Below, one piece after another: positions 28,599-38,864 of a stretch of DNA of 64,000 nt. The notes under the pieces were generated by a model. That model ran no database searches. It saw only the letters and a list, made by a program, of their open reading frames with translations, and was not told the DNA's origin. Location of the stretch: contig CAVVJT010000010.1 in assembly GCA_963748625.1 (NCBI GenBank), positions 736,001 through 800,000 on the forward strand, given 5' to 3'. Numbering within the stretch: the stretch's first letter is position 1; each line of letters starts with the position of its first letter. The stretch comes from an uncultured Chloroflexia bacterium (GTDB lineage Bacteria > Chloroflexota > Limnocylindria > Limnocylindrales > CSP1-4). A program made the translations under genes and the position numbers.

Positions 28599-29555
28599 AT
28601 GACCCACACGAAGCGCGACCTGGACCTTCTGGTCGTGGGCGAGATCAACCCGGACATCGTGGTCACCGACCCGGACCCCGTCCCGATCTTCGGGCAGGCG
28701 GAACGGATCGTGGCGTCCGTGCGCCTGGTGCCCGGATCCTCATCGGTGATCGCAGCGATGGGTGCGGCTCGGCTCGGCCTGCGGGTCGCCATGGTCGGCG
28801 TGGTAGGCGACGACGCGCTCGGTCGCTTCATGCTCGACGCGCTGGCCGGTCGCGGGATCGATGTCGCCGCCTGCCGGATCGCGACCGGGAGGCCCACCGG
28901 CGCCAGCGTGATCCTGGGCAACGGCACGGACCGCGCGATCCTGACTGCCCTCGGCACCATCGCGGACACTCGCGTCACGGACGTCCCGCCCGCGCTGCTC
29001 GCTCGTGTCCGTCACTTGCACGTTGCCAGCTTCTTCCTCCAGCCCTCGCTGGCGGCAAGCGTGCCCGCGCTCTTCGCGGCCGCCCGCGCGGCGGGCGCCA
29101 CCACGAGCCTCGATCCGAACTGGGACCCGGCCGACCGCTGGGACGGCGGGTTCGCTGCCGCCGCGGCGCAGGCAGACCTGCTCCTGCCCAACGGCGAGGA
29201 GGCATGCCGGCTCACGGGCCTGGAGAACGTGGAGGACGCCGCCCGCTCGCTCGCGGGCAACGGCGGTCGGACGGTCGCTGTCAAGCTCGGCGCCGATGGC
29301 GCGCTGGGCGTCGGGCGGGACGGCATGCTTGCGCGCGTGGCGGCCCCGGCCGGGATCGAGGCGATCGATACGACCGGCGCTGGCGACTCGTTCGATGCCG
29401 GGTTCCTCGCCGGGTGGCTTGGCGATGCCAGCCTGTCGGAAGCGCTGCGTCTCGCGGTGGCATGCGGCACACTCTCGACGCGCGCGCCCGGCGGCACCGA
29501 CGGCCAGGCGACACGCGCCGAGGCCCTCGCGGCCTTTCCCGCAGGCAGGAGCTGA
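28599..29555 (+). CDS. PfkB/ribokinase-family carbohydrate kinase
   Basis: Motifs GVVGDDALG, SLDPN, PNGEEA, VKLGADG and DTTGAGDSFDAGF. Confidence 0.93.
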   Translation: MTHTKRDLDLLVVGEINPDIVVTDPDPVPIFGQAERIVASVRLVPGSSSVIAAMGAARLGLRVAMVGVVGDDALGRFMLDALAGRGIDVAACRIATGRPTGASVILGNGTDRAILTALGTIADTRVTDVPPALLARVRHLHVASFFLQPSLAASVPALFAAARAAGATTSLDPNWDPADRWDGGFAAAAAQADLLLPNGEEACRLTGLENVEDAARSLAGNGGRTVAVKLGADGALGVGRDGMLARVAAPAGIEAIDTTGAGDSFDAGFLAGWLGDASLSEALRLAVACGTLSTRAPGGTDGQATRAEALAAFPAGRS

Positions 29556-29917
29556 CCCGGAAGGCGCGATCTCGCCCCCATGTAGCCCGCTTCGACAGGA
29601 CGCGCGCTGGTTGGCCCGGTTCGGCGTTGGCTGGCGCGAGCGTCGCCTGCCCCGGACTCCGGGCTCCGGGCTCCGGGCTGGGCTACCGCCGCCCGCGCCC
29701 ACCTGCCGCCCAGCGGCTCGCACGTGCATGATTCCGCACACTCGTGCCGCTCAGCGGGCGAGAGGGGGTCAGTCAGCGCCGGATCTCGGCGCGCTGCCCA
29801 GCCAGCGGCACGACTGCGCGGTTCTCTGCACGCAAGACCCGCTGGCCGGTTGGCGTCCGCGACACGGGCGGTGGCCGCGTCCGGCGCCGCCCTGGCGGGA
29901 TCCTCGGTCGTCGACGC

Positions 29918-30391
29918 CTACTCGGCCGGCTCCGCCAGCTGTTCCAACCGTCGCTTGACCCGCCCCAGCGAGCCGCGATCGGCGAACGCCACGAACACGG
30001 TGTCATCGCCCGCGATCGAGCCTGCCACCTCGGGCCAGCGGGCGCGATCGAGCGCGGCCGCCAGCGGATGCGCGGACCCGGGCAGCGTCCGAAGCACGAG
30101 CATCGTGCCCGCCTCCCGGATCTCCACCGGCATCTCGCGCAGGAGCCGGCGCATACGGTCCTCACCGCTGGAGTCCGCCTCACGCAGGCGCGGCGGGATG
30201 GCGTAGGCCTGGGTCCCGTTGCGGCCGGCCTTGACCAGGCCCAGCTCCGCCACGTCGCGCGAGATCGTGGCCTGCGTGGTCCGGAATCCGCGCTCGCGGA
30301 GGGCAGCTGCCAGCTCCTGCTGGGTGCGGATCGGCCGCTGCTCCACCAGGTCCCGGATCGCCCGCTGGCGGAGCTGCTTCATGACCTCCAT
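29918..30391 (-). CDS. argR: Arginine repressor
   Basis: Motifs TQQEL, TQATISRD, VLRTLPGSA and GSIAGDDT. Confidence 0.96.
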   Translation of the reverse strand: MEVMKQLRQRAIRDLVEQRPIRTQQELAAALRERGFRTTQATISRDVAELGLVKAGRNGTQAYAIPPRLREADSSGEDRMRRLLREMPVEIREAGTMLVLRTLPGSAHPLAAALDRARWPEVAGSIAGDDTVFVAFADRGSLGRVKRRLEQLAEPAE

Positions 30392-30403
30392 CGCAACCGT
30401 CCC

Positions 30404-31240
30404 CTACCGCGCCAGGAACACCACGACCACCACGGCCGCCAGCACGAGCCGGTACACCACGAAGATCGTGAAGGAGTTGGTCCGCAGGTAGCGCAGCAGC
30501 ACGGAGATCGCGAGGATCCCGGCCACGAAGGACGAGACCACGCCCACGAGCAACGTGAGCGGCTCGGCTCCTCCCACCTCGCCCCGGACGAGCTTGAGGC
30601 CCTCGTACGCCACCGCCATCGCAGTGATCGGGGTGGCCATGAGGAACGAGTAGCGCGCGGCGTCGGCCCGGTCGAGGCCCGCGAGCAGCCCCGCCGACAT
30701 GGAGATGCCGGAGCGCGAGACACCCGGCACCAGGGCGAGCGCCTGGGCGAAGCCGATGCCCAGCGCGCCCTTGCGCGTCAGGCGGTCGATGGTGTGGGTG
30801 CGGGGGCCCCAGCGGTCGGCGGCCCACATGATCCCTGCCCCGACGACCAGCATCGCGGCGACGAGGCCGGCCTCGCGGAACGCCGTCTCGGCAAGGTCGT
30901 TGAGCAGGAATGCGATGACGGCCGCCGGCAGCGTCGAGAGCACCAGCAGCCAGATGAGGCGGCGGTCGGGGTCGTCGGCGAGCGAGCGGTCGCGGATGGA
31001 GGCGAAGAACGCCGGGATCATCCGCATCCAGTCCTTGCGGAAGTACACCAGGAGCGCGGCCAGGGTCCCGCCGTGGAGCACAACGGAGAACGCGAGCGAC
31101 TCGATGAACGACTCGGCGGACGGGTCCGTCCAGCCGAACAGGTACGGGATGAGGATGGCGTGACCGGACGAGGAGATCGGCAGGAACTCGGTGAGCCCCT
31201 GCACGACCCCCATGATCAGCGCCTGGATGAGCTGGTCCAT
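30404..31240 (-). CDS. uppP: Undecaprenyl-diphosphate phosphatase
   Basis: Motifs QGLTEFLPISSSGH, PGVSRSG and AARYSFL. Confidence 0.95.
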   Translation of the reverse strand: MDQLIQALIMGVVQGLTEFLPISSSGHAILIPYLFGWTDPSAESFIESLAFSVVLHGGTLAALLVYFRKDWMRMIPAFFASIRDRSLADDPDRRLIWLLVLSTLPAAVIAFLLNDLAETAFREAGLVAAMLVVGAGIMWAADRWGPRTHTIDRLTRKGALGIGFAQALALVPGVSRSGISMSAGLLAGLDRADAARYSFLMATPITAMAVAYEGLKLVRGEVGGAEPLTLLVGVVSSFVAGILAISVLLRYLRTNSFTIFVVYRLVLAAVVVVVFLAR

Positions 31241-31248
31241 GGATCAGT

Positions 31249-31288
31249 CCCGGGCGGCCGGCACCCGTGAGGGCCGGCCGCCCGGGCC
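31249..31288. terminator. GC-rich hairpin between hppA and uppP
   Basis: Inverted repeat CCCGGGCGGCCGGC..GCCGGCCGCCCGGG. Confidence 0.5.
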
Positions 31289-31300
31289 TTTCGTTCTTGC

Positions 31301-33545
31301 CTAGCGGATGAACAGCGGGGCGAGGACGAGGGTGATCGTCGCAATGAGCTTCACGAGGACGTGGAGCGACGGACCGGCGGTGTCCTTGAACGGGTCACCT
31401 ACGGTGTCGCCGACGACGGCCGCGGCATGGGCCTCGGAGCCCTTGCCGAGCACGTTGCCCTGATCGTCCTTGAGATTGCCGGACTCGATGTACTTCTTGG
31501 CGTTGTCCCACGCGCCGCCGCCGTTGTTGAGGACGGTGGCGAGGAGGACGCCGGCGATGGTGCCGACCATCAGGAAGCCCGCGACCGCCTCGTAGCCGAG
31601 GAGCAGGCCCACGACGATCGGGGCGAAGACCGCCACGAGACCCGGGGCGACCATCTGCCTGAGCGCCGCCTTGGTCGTGATGTCCACGACGCGGGCGTAA
31701 TCCGGCTTCTGGGTGTAGTCCATGATGCCGGGCATCTCGCGGAACTGGCGCCGGACCTCGACGATGATCGACTGGGCCGTGGTGCCCACGGCGCGGATGG
31801 CGAGGCTGCTGAAGAAGTACACGAGCATCGCTGCGACGAGGGCCGCGACGAACACGTTGACGTTGGCCAGGTTGACCGACGTCAGGAGCTTGACGCCCTC
31901 CTTGCCGGCCTCGATCTGGTTGCCCAGGATCAGGTTGACCTTGTCGATGTACGCGGAGAACAGCAGGAACGCGGCCAGCGAGGCGGACGCGATCGCGTAG
32001 CCCTTGGTCAGCGCCTTGGTGGTGTTGCCGACCGCGTCGAGGCGGTCGGTGATCTCGCGGGCGCCGGCCTCGGCGCGGGAGAACTCGGCGACGCCACCGG
32101 CGTTGTCGGTGATCGGGCCGAACGTGTCCATCGCCAGGATGTAGGCAGTGGTCATGAGCATGCCCATGGTGGCGACGGCGGTGCCGAAGATGCCGCCCAC
32201 ATTGGAGGTCGTGCCGTCGGCATTCACTCGCAGGAGACCGGCCTGTTCACCGAGCCAGTGGCTGGCGATGAGCGCGATGCCGATCGTGATGGCGGTGACG
32301 GCGGTGGTCTCATAGCCGACTGCGGTGCCGCTGATGATGTTGGTGGCGGGGCCGGTCTTGGACGCCTCCGCGATCTCGCGGACCGGGCGGAAGCCGCCTG
32401 CCGTGTAGAACTGCGTGATGTAGACGAACGCGACGGAGGTCAGGAGGCCCACGATGCCGGCGAGGAAGAACCAGATCCAGGCCGGGATGTCGCTCGTGCC
32501 GGTCTCGGTGCCCGTCTGCATCATCACGTAGGTGGTGATACCGAGACCGATCACCGAGAGGCCCGCGGTGACCCAGTACCCGCGGTTGAGGATGTTCATC
32601 GGGTCCTCATCCTCCCTGCCGCGGATGAAGAACGCGACGGCCACGATGGTGGCCAGGAGGCCGAAGGCGCGCACGACGAGCGGGAAGAAGATCCAGGCTT
32701 CAGGGTTGGCCCAGCCTGCCGACACGGCGATCTGGTAGACCGCGACGCCGAGGATCATGGCGCCGATGTTCTCGGCGGCGGTGGACTCGAACAGGTCCGC
32801 ACCACGGCCGGCGCAGTCGCCGACGTTGTCGCCCACGAGGTCCGCGATCACGCCTGCATTGCGGGGGTCGTCCTCGGGGATGCCCTTCTCCACCTTGCCG
32901 ACGAGGTCGGCAGCCGACGTCCGCGGCCTTGGTGTAGATGCCGCCGCCCAGCTGGGCGAACAGGGCCACGAACGAGGCGCCGAAGCCGAAGCCGACGATG
33001 AGGAACGGCGCCTCCTCGATGCCGATGTCCGCGAACAGCGCCTGGTAGAGCGTGAAGATGCCCCACACGCCGAGCAGCGAGAGCGCCACGACGAGGAAGC
33101 CGGAGACCGCGCCGCCACGCATGGCGACCTGGACGGCCTCGACCAGGCTGCGGCGGGCGGCGGCCGCGGTACGCACGTTGGAGCGCACGGAGACCGTCAT
33201 GCCGATGATGCCCGACGCCATCGAGCACGCCGCGCCGACGAGGAAGGCGAACGCCGTCAGGGCGCCGATCGGGATGCCGGCCAGGGCCGGCACATCGGCC
33301 ACCTCCTTCGACTCGACGAGGGCGATGACGATGCCGATGATCACCGACGCGACCACGGCGAGAACGGCGATCGTCGTGTACTGGCGCTTGACGAAGGCGT
33401 CCGCACCCTCACGGATGATGTCGCCCACGTCCTGCATGGCCTGCGGGCCCTTGTCCCGGCTCAGGACATCACGCGCGAGATACAACGCGAACAGGATCGC
33501 GATGATTCCCGCGATCGGTACGAGCAACTGGAGCGTTTGGGCCAT
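31301..33545 (-). CDS. hppA: Membrane pyrophosphatase, K+-independent H+-pumping type (1-nt insertion at ~32912)
   Basis: GGIYTKAADVG[frameshift]ADLVGKVE, EDDPRN, DNVGD, GPITDNAGG, GNTTKA, GGAWDNAKK and GDTVGDPFKDTAGPS. Confidence 0.93.
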
Positions 33546-33906
33546 CGGGTTCTGCAGAGCCTCCTACGCAGGGTTCATGCCGCTGTCCGTGGGCTCACGA
33601 CACGTGTCGTGGCCTCCCGGGTCCCTCCCGGACCGGGTCCTTCTCGGGTCGGCGTGGGGCGATTCCTGACGGGCGTTCGGAACGCTTGGGAAGCGCCGCG
33701 TCGGTGGCAAGAGTCTATGGGTGTGCGCGGACACGGGTCAAACCGGATACGGGCCCGGACGGATCGCTTCCACCCGGCGACCGGTCCTATGCATTGCATC
33801 CCCGATGGGCCGCGGGGGGTCCGAACGGCCCTATTGGTCGACACCTGCCAGTCGCCGGGGACACCCGTCGGCCGCGAGCGAGTCCCGCCCCCTATACTCC
33901 CCGCTC

Positions 33907-34500
33907 GTGGACCGACGCTCGTCTTTCGGGTGTCTCGTCGAAATCGTCGAGACCCTCGTCCTCACCCTTGTCATCTTCTTCGTCATCCAGAACTTCATCG
34001 CGCAGCCGTTCCAAGTGCAGCAGCAGTCGATGGAGCAGACCCTGGAGCCGGGGCAGTACGTGCTTGTCGACAAGCTGACGCCCCGCTGGGACGAGTACAG
34101 CCGGGGCGACGTCATCGTCTTCAACCCGCCCGAGTCCTGGACGCCCGACCCAACGCCGTTCATCAAGCGCGTGATCGGCGAACCCGGCGACACGGTGGAG
34201 GTCCGTGACGACGGCTTTGTCTACGTGAACGGCGTCCAGCTCGATGAGCCGTACACGTACACGAACGACGAGGGCGTCAACGAGCCCACCCTGGTGTCGC
34301 CCGACCAGACGCGCTGGGTGATCCCCGAGGGCCAGCTGTTCGTGATGGGCGACCACCGGATGAAGTCGGCCGATTCACGGGTCTTCGGGCCGATCGAGAT
34401 CGACAACGTCGTCGGGCGGGCCTTCCTGCGCTACTGGCCCATCAGCACCTTCGGCTTCCTCGAGACGCCCACTTACCCGGACATCCCGGACGGCCAGTAG
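33907..34500 (+). CDS. lepB: Signal peptidase I
   Basis: Motifs QSMEQTL, RGDVIVF, FIKRVIGEPGD and GDHR..SADSRVFG. The start GTG lies 8 nt after TATACT. Confidence 0.93.
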   Translation: MDRRSSFGCLVEIVETLVLTLVIFFVIQNFIAQPFQVQQQSMEQTLEPGQYVLVDKLTPRWDEYSRGDVIVFNPPESWTPDPTPFIKRVIGEPGDTVEVRDDGFVYVNGVQLDEPYTYTNDEGVNEPTLVSPDQTRWVIPEGQLFVMGDHRMKSADSRVFGPIEIDNVVGRAFLRYWPISTFGFLETPTYPDIPDGQ

Positions 34501-34515
34501 CAGCCGCCCTCCGCC

Positions 34516-35247
34516 ATGACCGTCGCCCTGGTCCTGCTGGCACTCCTGGTGACCGCGGGTGCCGTGGTCGCCGTCGGAGCTGCCACGCCGCGTCTCGCCG
34601 CCCTGGGCATGTTCGTCGCCATGGTCGGATCGGCCTACGTCGCCGATCCCCTGCCGACGACGCTCGCGCTCGCGGCACGTCTCGTCGGCTCGACGCTGGG
34701 GGCCTACCTCGTCTGGATCGCCCTCCGACGCGCCCCGACGCAGATCCCGGGCATTGCCGTCGCCTGGACCGGCGCCGCGGTCGTCGCGGGGGCGGCATTC
34801 CTGATCGGCTGGCTCGCGGCGGGCTCCCTGGGTACCGCCCTCGCTGCGGGCTCCGGGGACGGCCCGGGCCTCAGCTCGGTCGGCGCGGCCCTGGCCGAGG
34901 GATCCCCGGTCGCGCGGGCCGCGCTGGGTGCCTCGCTCGCCCTGGCCGCTGTGGCCATCGCACCGGTGGTGATCGCGCGCGACCTCCTGCGGACCGGGCT
35001 CGGCCTGCTCCTGCTGCTCGCGTCCGCGACGCTCCTGCGCAATGCTCTCGGCACCTCTGCCGACCCGGTGTTCGAGTTCGCCGTGGCCGTCCTCACCGCG
35101 GCGGCCGGCGCCGCGATCGGGGCGGTCATCGCGAGCGCCCTGCGCCGGACCGGCGACCTCGTCCTGCGTGACAGCTTCCGGCGGGATGCGGCCGTGCGCC
35201 ACCGTGCCGCCGACGACGCGCATCTCGACGTGGACGGCGCCCGATGA
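34516..35247 (+). CDS. Hypothetical multi-pass membrane protein
   Basis: Ala/Leu-rich with about 7 TM segments. It overlaps the start of the next gene. Confidence 0.7.
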   Translation: MTVALVLLALLVTAGAVVAVGAATPRLAALGMFVAMVGSAYVADPLPTTLALAARLVGSTLGAYLVWIALRRAPTQIPGIAVAWTGAAVVAGAAFLIGWLAAGSLGTALAAGSGDGPGLSSVGAALAEGSPVARAALGASLALAAVAIAPVVIARDLLRTGLGLLLLLASATLLRNALGTSADPVFEFAVAVLTAAAGAAIGAVIASALRRTGDLVLRDSFRRDAAVRHRAADDAHLDVDGAR

Positions 35248-37086
35248 TCCTGCCCACCATCGTCGCCGTTGCGGCACTCGGGGCGGCCGGCTCGGCCTGG
35301 GGCCTGCCACGGACCGGCCGCCAGGCGCGGGTCGGCCTCTGGGCGGGTGTGCTGGCGCTGCTGGCGGTCCTGGTCCTGACCCTCATGCTGACGCCGGCAC
35401 CGCTTGGGCCTGGCGGCACGCCAACTGCCTCGCCGAGCGATCCGTTCGGCGGCTACCTGGTCCCGACCTCCTACCTGCGGATGGTCGTCGGGCTCGAGGC
35501 TCTCATGGCGGTGGTGATCGTCCTGACCGCGTGGCTGCTCGCCGGCTTGCGGGTCCTCCGTGGTCTCCTGCCGGCCACACTCGCAGCGATCGGGGGGACG
35601 ACCGTCGCACTGGCCTCAGCCGACCTCGGACTCTCCGTGGCGGCCGCCGTGGCGGTGGGCCTGGCGGCCCTCGCCATCGTGCTCCTCGACGTGGAGGGAC
35701 CGCGGGCCATCGCACCCGCCACCCGCGAGCTCCGGGTGACGCTGGTCGGCGGTGCCGTGCTGCTGGCCGTGGTGGAGGCGCTGCCGCATCCTCGCCGACC
35801 TCGTCCTGCGCAGCCTCGGCTCGGGCGAGGGCACGGCCGGAAGCGGTGAGATCGGCGCGGCGGTGGGCCTGCTGACGCTCGCGGGCACCGGCGCGATCGC
35901 CGTGCGCTACGGCGTGCTGCCGTTCCACCTCCGGATCCCGCGCCTCACCGACGTCGTGCCCCCGATCACCCTGCCACTCCTGCTGGCCTGGATCCCACTG
36001 CCGCTCGCCGTGGCCGGGATCGCCGCCGTGGACAACCTCGTGGCGCCGCTCGCCCTGCCGCTCGACGGGGAACGGGCGATCGTGATCCTGGTCGCAGCGG
36101 CCACGCTGCTCGGTGCGTCGCTTGCCGCCTTCACCCAGGACGACCTGCGCCACACGACGGGCTACCTCGTCATCGCGGATGCTGGAATCCTGGTGCTCGC
36201 CGCGGCCGCCCTCGACCCCGCAGCCTGGGGTCCCACCCGCACGTGGGTTGTCGTGCTCGCCGCCTCGAAGACAGCGCTCGGCGCCTGGGCGGCCGTGACG
36301 GAGGAGCGGTTCCAGACCCGGAGCATCCCCGATCTCCGCGGCTGGATGCGCCGCTCCCCGCTGCTCGCGGCAGGTCTCCTCGTAACCATCGTGGCCACGT
36401 TCGGGCTGCCAGGCTGGGTCGCGTTCAACGCCCGCGAGCAGATCGCAGGCCTCGCCGCGGACGGTGCAGGCGTGGTGGTGCTGACGCTGTTGGGCTGGCT
36501 GGCACTCCCGGCATACCTGCGGCTGGTGGTGGTGGGTGCCGGCCGCGTGACGAGCAAGGTTGACGGCGCGGCGCCGGAGCGGTTCGTGCGCGGCGCCCGG
36601 CGGTCCCGCCGACGGGAGGAGCGGCTGCCCGTGGAGCCCGATACGGCCAAGGCGGCCACGGTGACGGATGCGGCCCAGGCGGCATCGGCCTCAGCAACCC
36701 CGACCGCGGTGACGGATGCGGCCCAGGCGACCGGGGAGGTGTCCCTCCCCGTCGTCCCCGTCGTGCCCGCGACCACCGGAGGCTCCAGGCTGGGCAGCTG
36801 TGCGCGGGAAGGCCAGTGCCGCTGTGGCGATGGCGGGGAGCTCGGCCAGCTCCGCCGCGCAGTCCGGGCGACGCGCCGTGGTGGCGCGTCGGACGCCGCA
36901 CGCAGACCCGGAACCGCTGCATGAACGCGCCGCCGGGGCGCTCCGGCGCGATCGGGCGGAGCTGCTGGCGGGCGCGGTGCTCGCGCTCTCGCGCTGCTCG
37001 CGGCGCTGACCTCATGGGGCGCGCTCGACATCGTCGGGGCGGCTGCCCAGCCGGCCCCTGAGGTGGTCACGACCCTGGGGGACTGA
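35244..37086 (+). CDS. Degenerate NuoN/MrpD-like proton-conducting membrane subunit (frameshifts near 35780 and in the 3' part)
   Basis: Motifs [45 protein letters not shown] and FGLPG resemble the proton-antiporter-like domain. Confidence 0.62.
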
Positions 37087-37155
37087 CCGTCGGAATCGCG
37101 AAGGCCACGCGGCCTGGTGGCAGCGCGGCCTCCTCGCTGTGCGGTGCGGAGCGGG

Positions 37156-37624
37156 CTACTCCTCCGGAGCGAGCACCCAGCGATCGATCTCGCGCTCGTA
37201 GTTGAGCAGCTCCTCGGGCTTGAACCACAGGGCGAGCTCGGCGGCGGCGTTCTCGGGGCTGTCGGACGCGTGGACCAGGTTCTGCGCGGTCTCGACGGCG
37301 AAGTCCCCCCGGATGGAGCCCGGAGCGGCCTCGTGCGGGCGCGTCGCGCCGTTCATCGCGCGGACGATCGCGATCGCGTTGGGGCCTTCGAGCGCCGCGG
37401 CCACGAGCGGGCCGGAGGTGATGAAGTCCACGAGGCCCTTGAAGAACGGCTTCTCGCTGTGGACGGCGTAGTGCTGCTCGGCCAGGGCGCGGTCCACGTG
37501 CGACGAGCTTGAGACCGACAAGCTTGAGGCCGCGCTCCTCGAACCGGGTGATGACCCGGCCGACGAGCTGGCGCTGGACGCCGTCGGGCTTCACGAGGAG
37601 AAGGGTTCGCTGGAGCTCTGCCAT
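37156..37624 (-). CDS. ndk: Nucleoside diphosphate kinase (1-nt insertion ~37501)
   Basis: [13 protein letters not shown] lies in one frame; [15 protein letters not shown] and NLVHASDS lie in another. Confidence 0.95.
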
Positions 37625-37797
37625 GGGTGCTGCACGCCTCGCTGGTTCGCGGAGCCGGCGGGCCGGTCCGCGGTTCGGTTTGTGGTGGCGCGACTCCGTG
37701 CACATCCTTGCGGACGGACGGCGCGACGCGGGAGGGACAGGGTAGCGCGGCTCGGAGCGGGCCGTGCGCCGCCTGCCGGCCGCCTGACTCGCCCAGA

Positions 37798-38864
37798 TCA
37801 GCGGAGGTCGTCGCACCTCGTCGGATCGCCGTACGCTGACGCGCTGACGCGCCCGCGGCCTGGTCGTACGCCTCGAGCGCCTCGTCCTCCCGGCCGAGCA
37901 GCCGGAGGGCGTCGCCGGCGACGAGGGCCAGGAGGGGCGCCTCGGTCCGGTCCTCCACGACGTCGAGGACGCCGCGGGCGAACCCGGGATCCAGGCGCAG
38001 CGCGATCCCGAGCCGGATCGCGGCGGTCGTGCTGTCGCCCCGGTTCATCGCAGCCCGCCCGCCAGCGAACGCCTCGGCGGCAGCGGCACTCGCGACGACG
38101 GCTGCGCCACCCGCGACGGCGCGCGCCCGGTCGGTGCCGGCGTCCGGGACGGCCCGCGTCGAGCATGTGGTCGCCCGGCCAGATCGCGCTTCGTGGCATG
38201 CCGGCGAAGATCGGGTCGAGCGGTGCCTCGATGGCGCCCGAGCGCACGGGCGGCGAGGCGACGGGCCTCGCTGGGGCGTCCCACCGCGGCGATCGCCTCG
38301 GCTGGCGATCACCAGCGCGATGCCGTCACGGCGACCACGCGCGATGGCGGCATTCGCGGCCTCGCCCGCTCCCGCGAGGTCGCCGGTCCGCCAGCGGATC
38401 TCGGCGAGATCGACCAGGGCCTCCTCGTCGAGCGCGCCTCGACCGGCGAGGGCCTCGAGCTCGGCGCGGCGAGGGCGAGCGCGCCCGGTGCGCAGGTGGA
38501 GGCGGGCAAGGCGCAGCGAGAGCGGGCGGCCGCCGAGGGGCGGATCGGCGGGCTCGGGGTCGGGCTCGGGCAGGGGCAGGACGAACGCGGGCTCGGGGTC
38601 GGGCTCGACGGGGGCTGCGGGCTCGGGGTCGGGCTCGGGCAGGGGCAGGACGAACGCGGGCTCGGGGTCGGGCTCGACGGGGGCTGCGGGCTCGGGGTCG
38701 GGCTCGGGCAGGGGCAGGACGCGTCGGGCGGGCTCGGGGTCGGGCTCGACGGGGGCTGCGGGCTCGGGGTCGGGCTCGACGGGGGCTGCGGGCTCGGGGT
38801 CGGGCTCGGGCGTCGCGGCTCGCCGGCGCAGACGCGCCAGCCCCCTCGGCGGCTCTCCGGTCAT
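37798..38864 (-). CDS. TPR-like protein with Pro/Glu/Asp repeat linker (probably frameshifted; 3' end uncertain)
   Basis: Helical-repeat segments [22 protein letters not shown] and [17 protein letters not shown] overlap with the M16 peptidase stop. Confidence 0.6.
38547..38810 (-). repeat. Coding tandem repeat ([11 protein letters not shown] / [13 protein letters not shown])
   Basis: About 8 copies of the GCGGGCTCGGGGTCGGGCTC core in two alternating unit types. Confidence 0.9.

Noticed and set aside
29725-29738. ARG box-like TGCATGATTCCGCA near argR
   Set aside because: It lies between convergent gene ends, not in a promoter, and is better explained as a hairpin arm.
32900-37510. Programmed frameshifting or true pseudogenes in hppA and ndk
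   Set aside because: There are no slippery sequences, single extra bases fall inside conserved motifs, and similar breaks cluster regionally. This points to sequencing error.
38547-38810. CRISPR-like repeat array
   Set aside because: The spacers are themselves repeated, units are multiples of 3, and the array lies in frame within a CDS.
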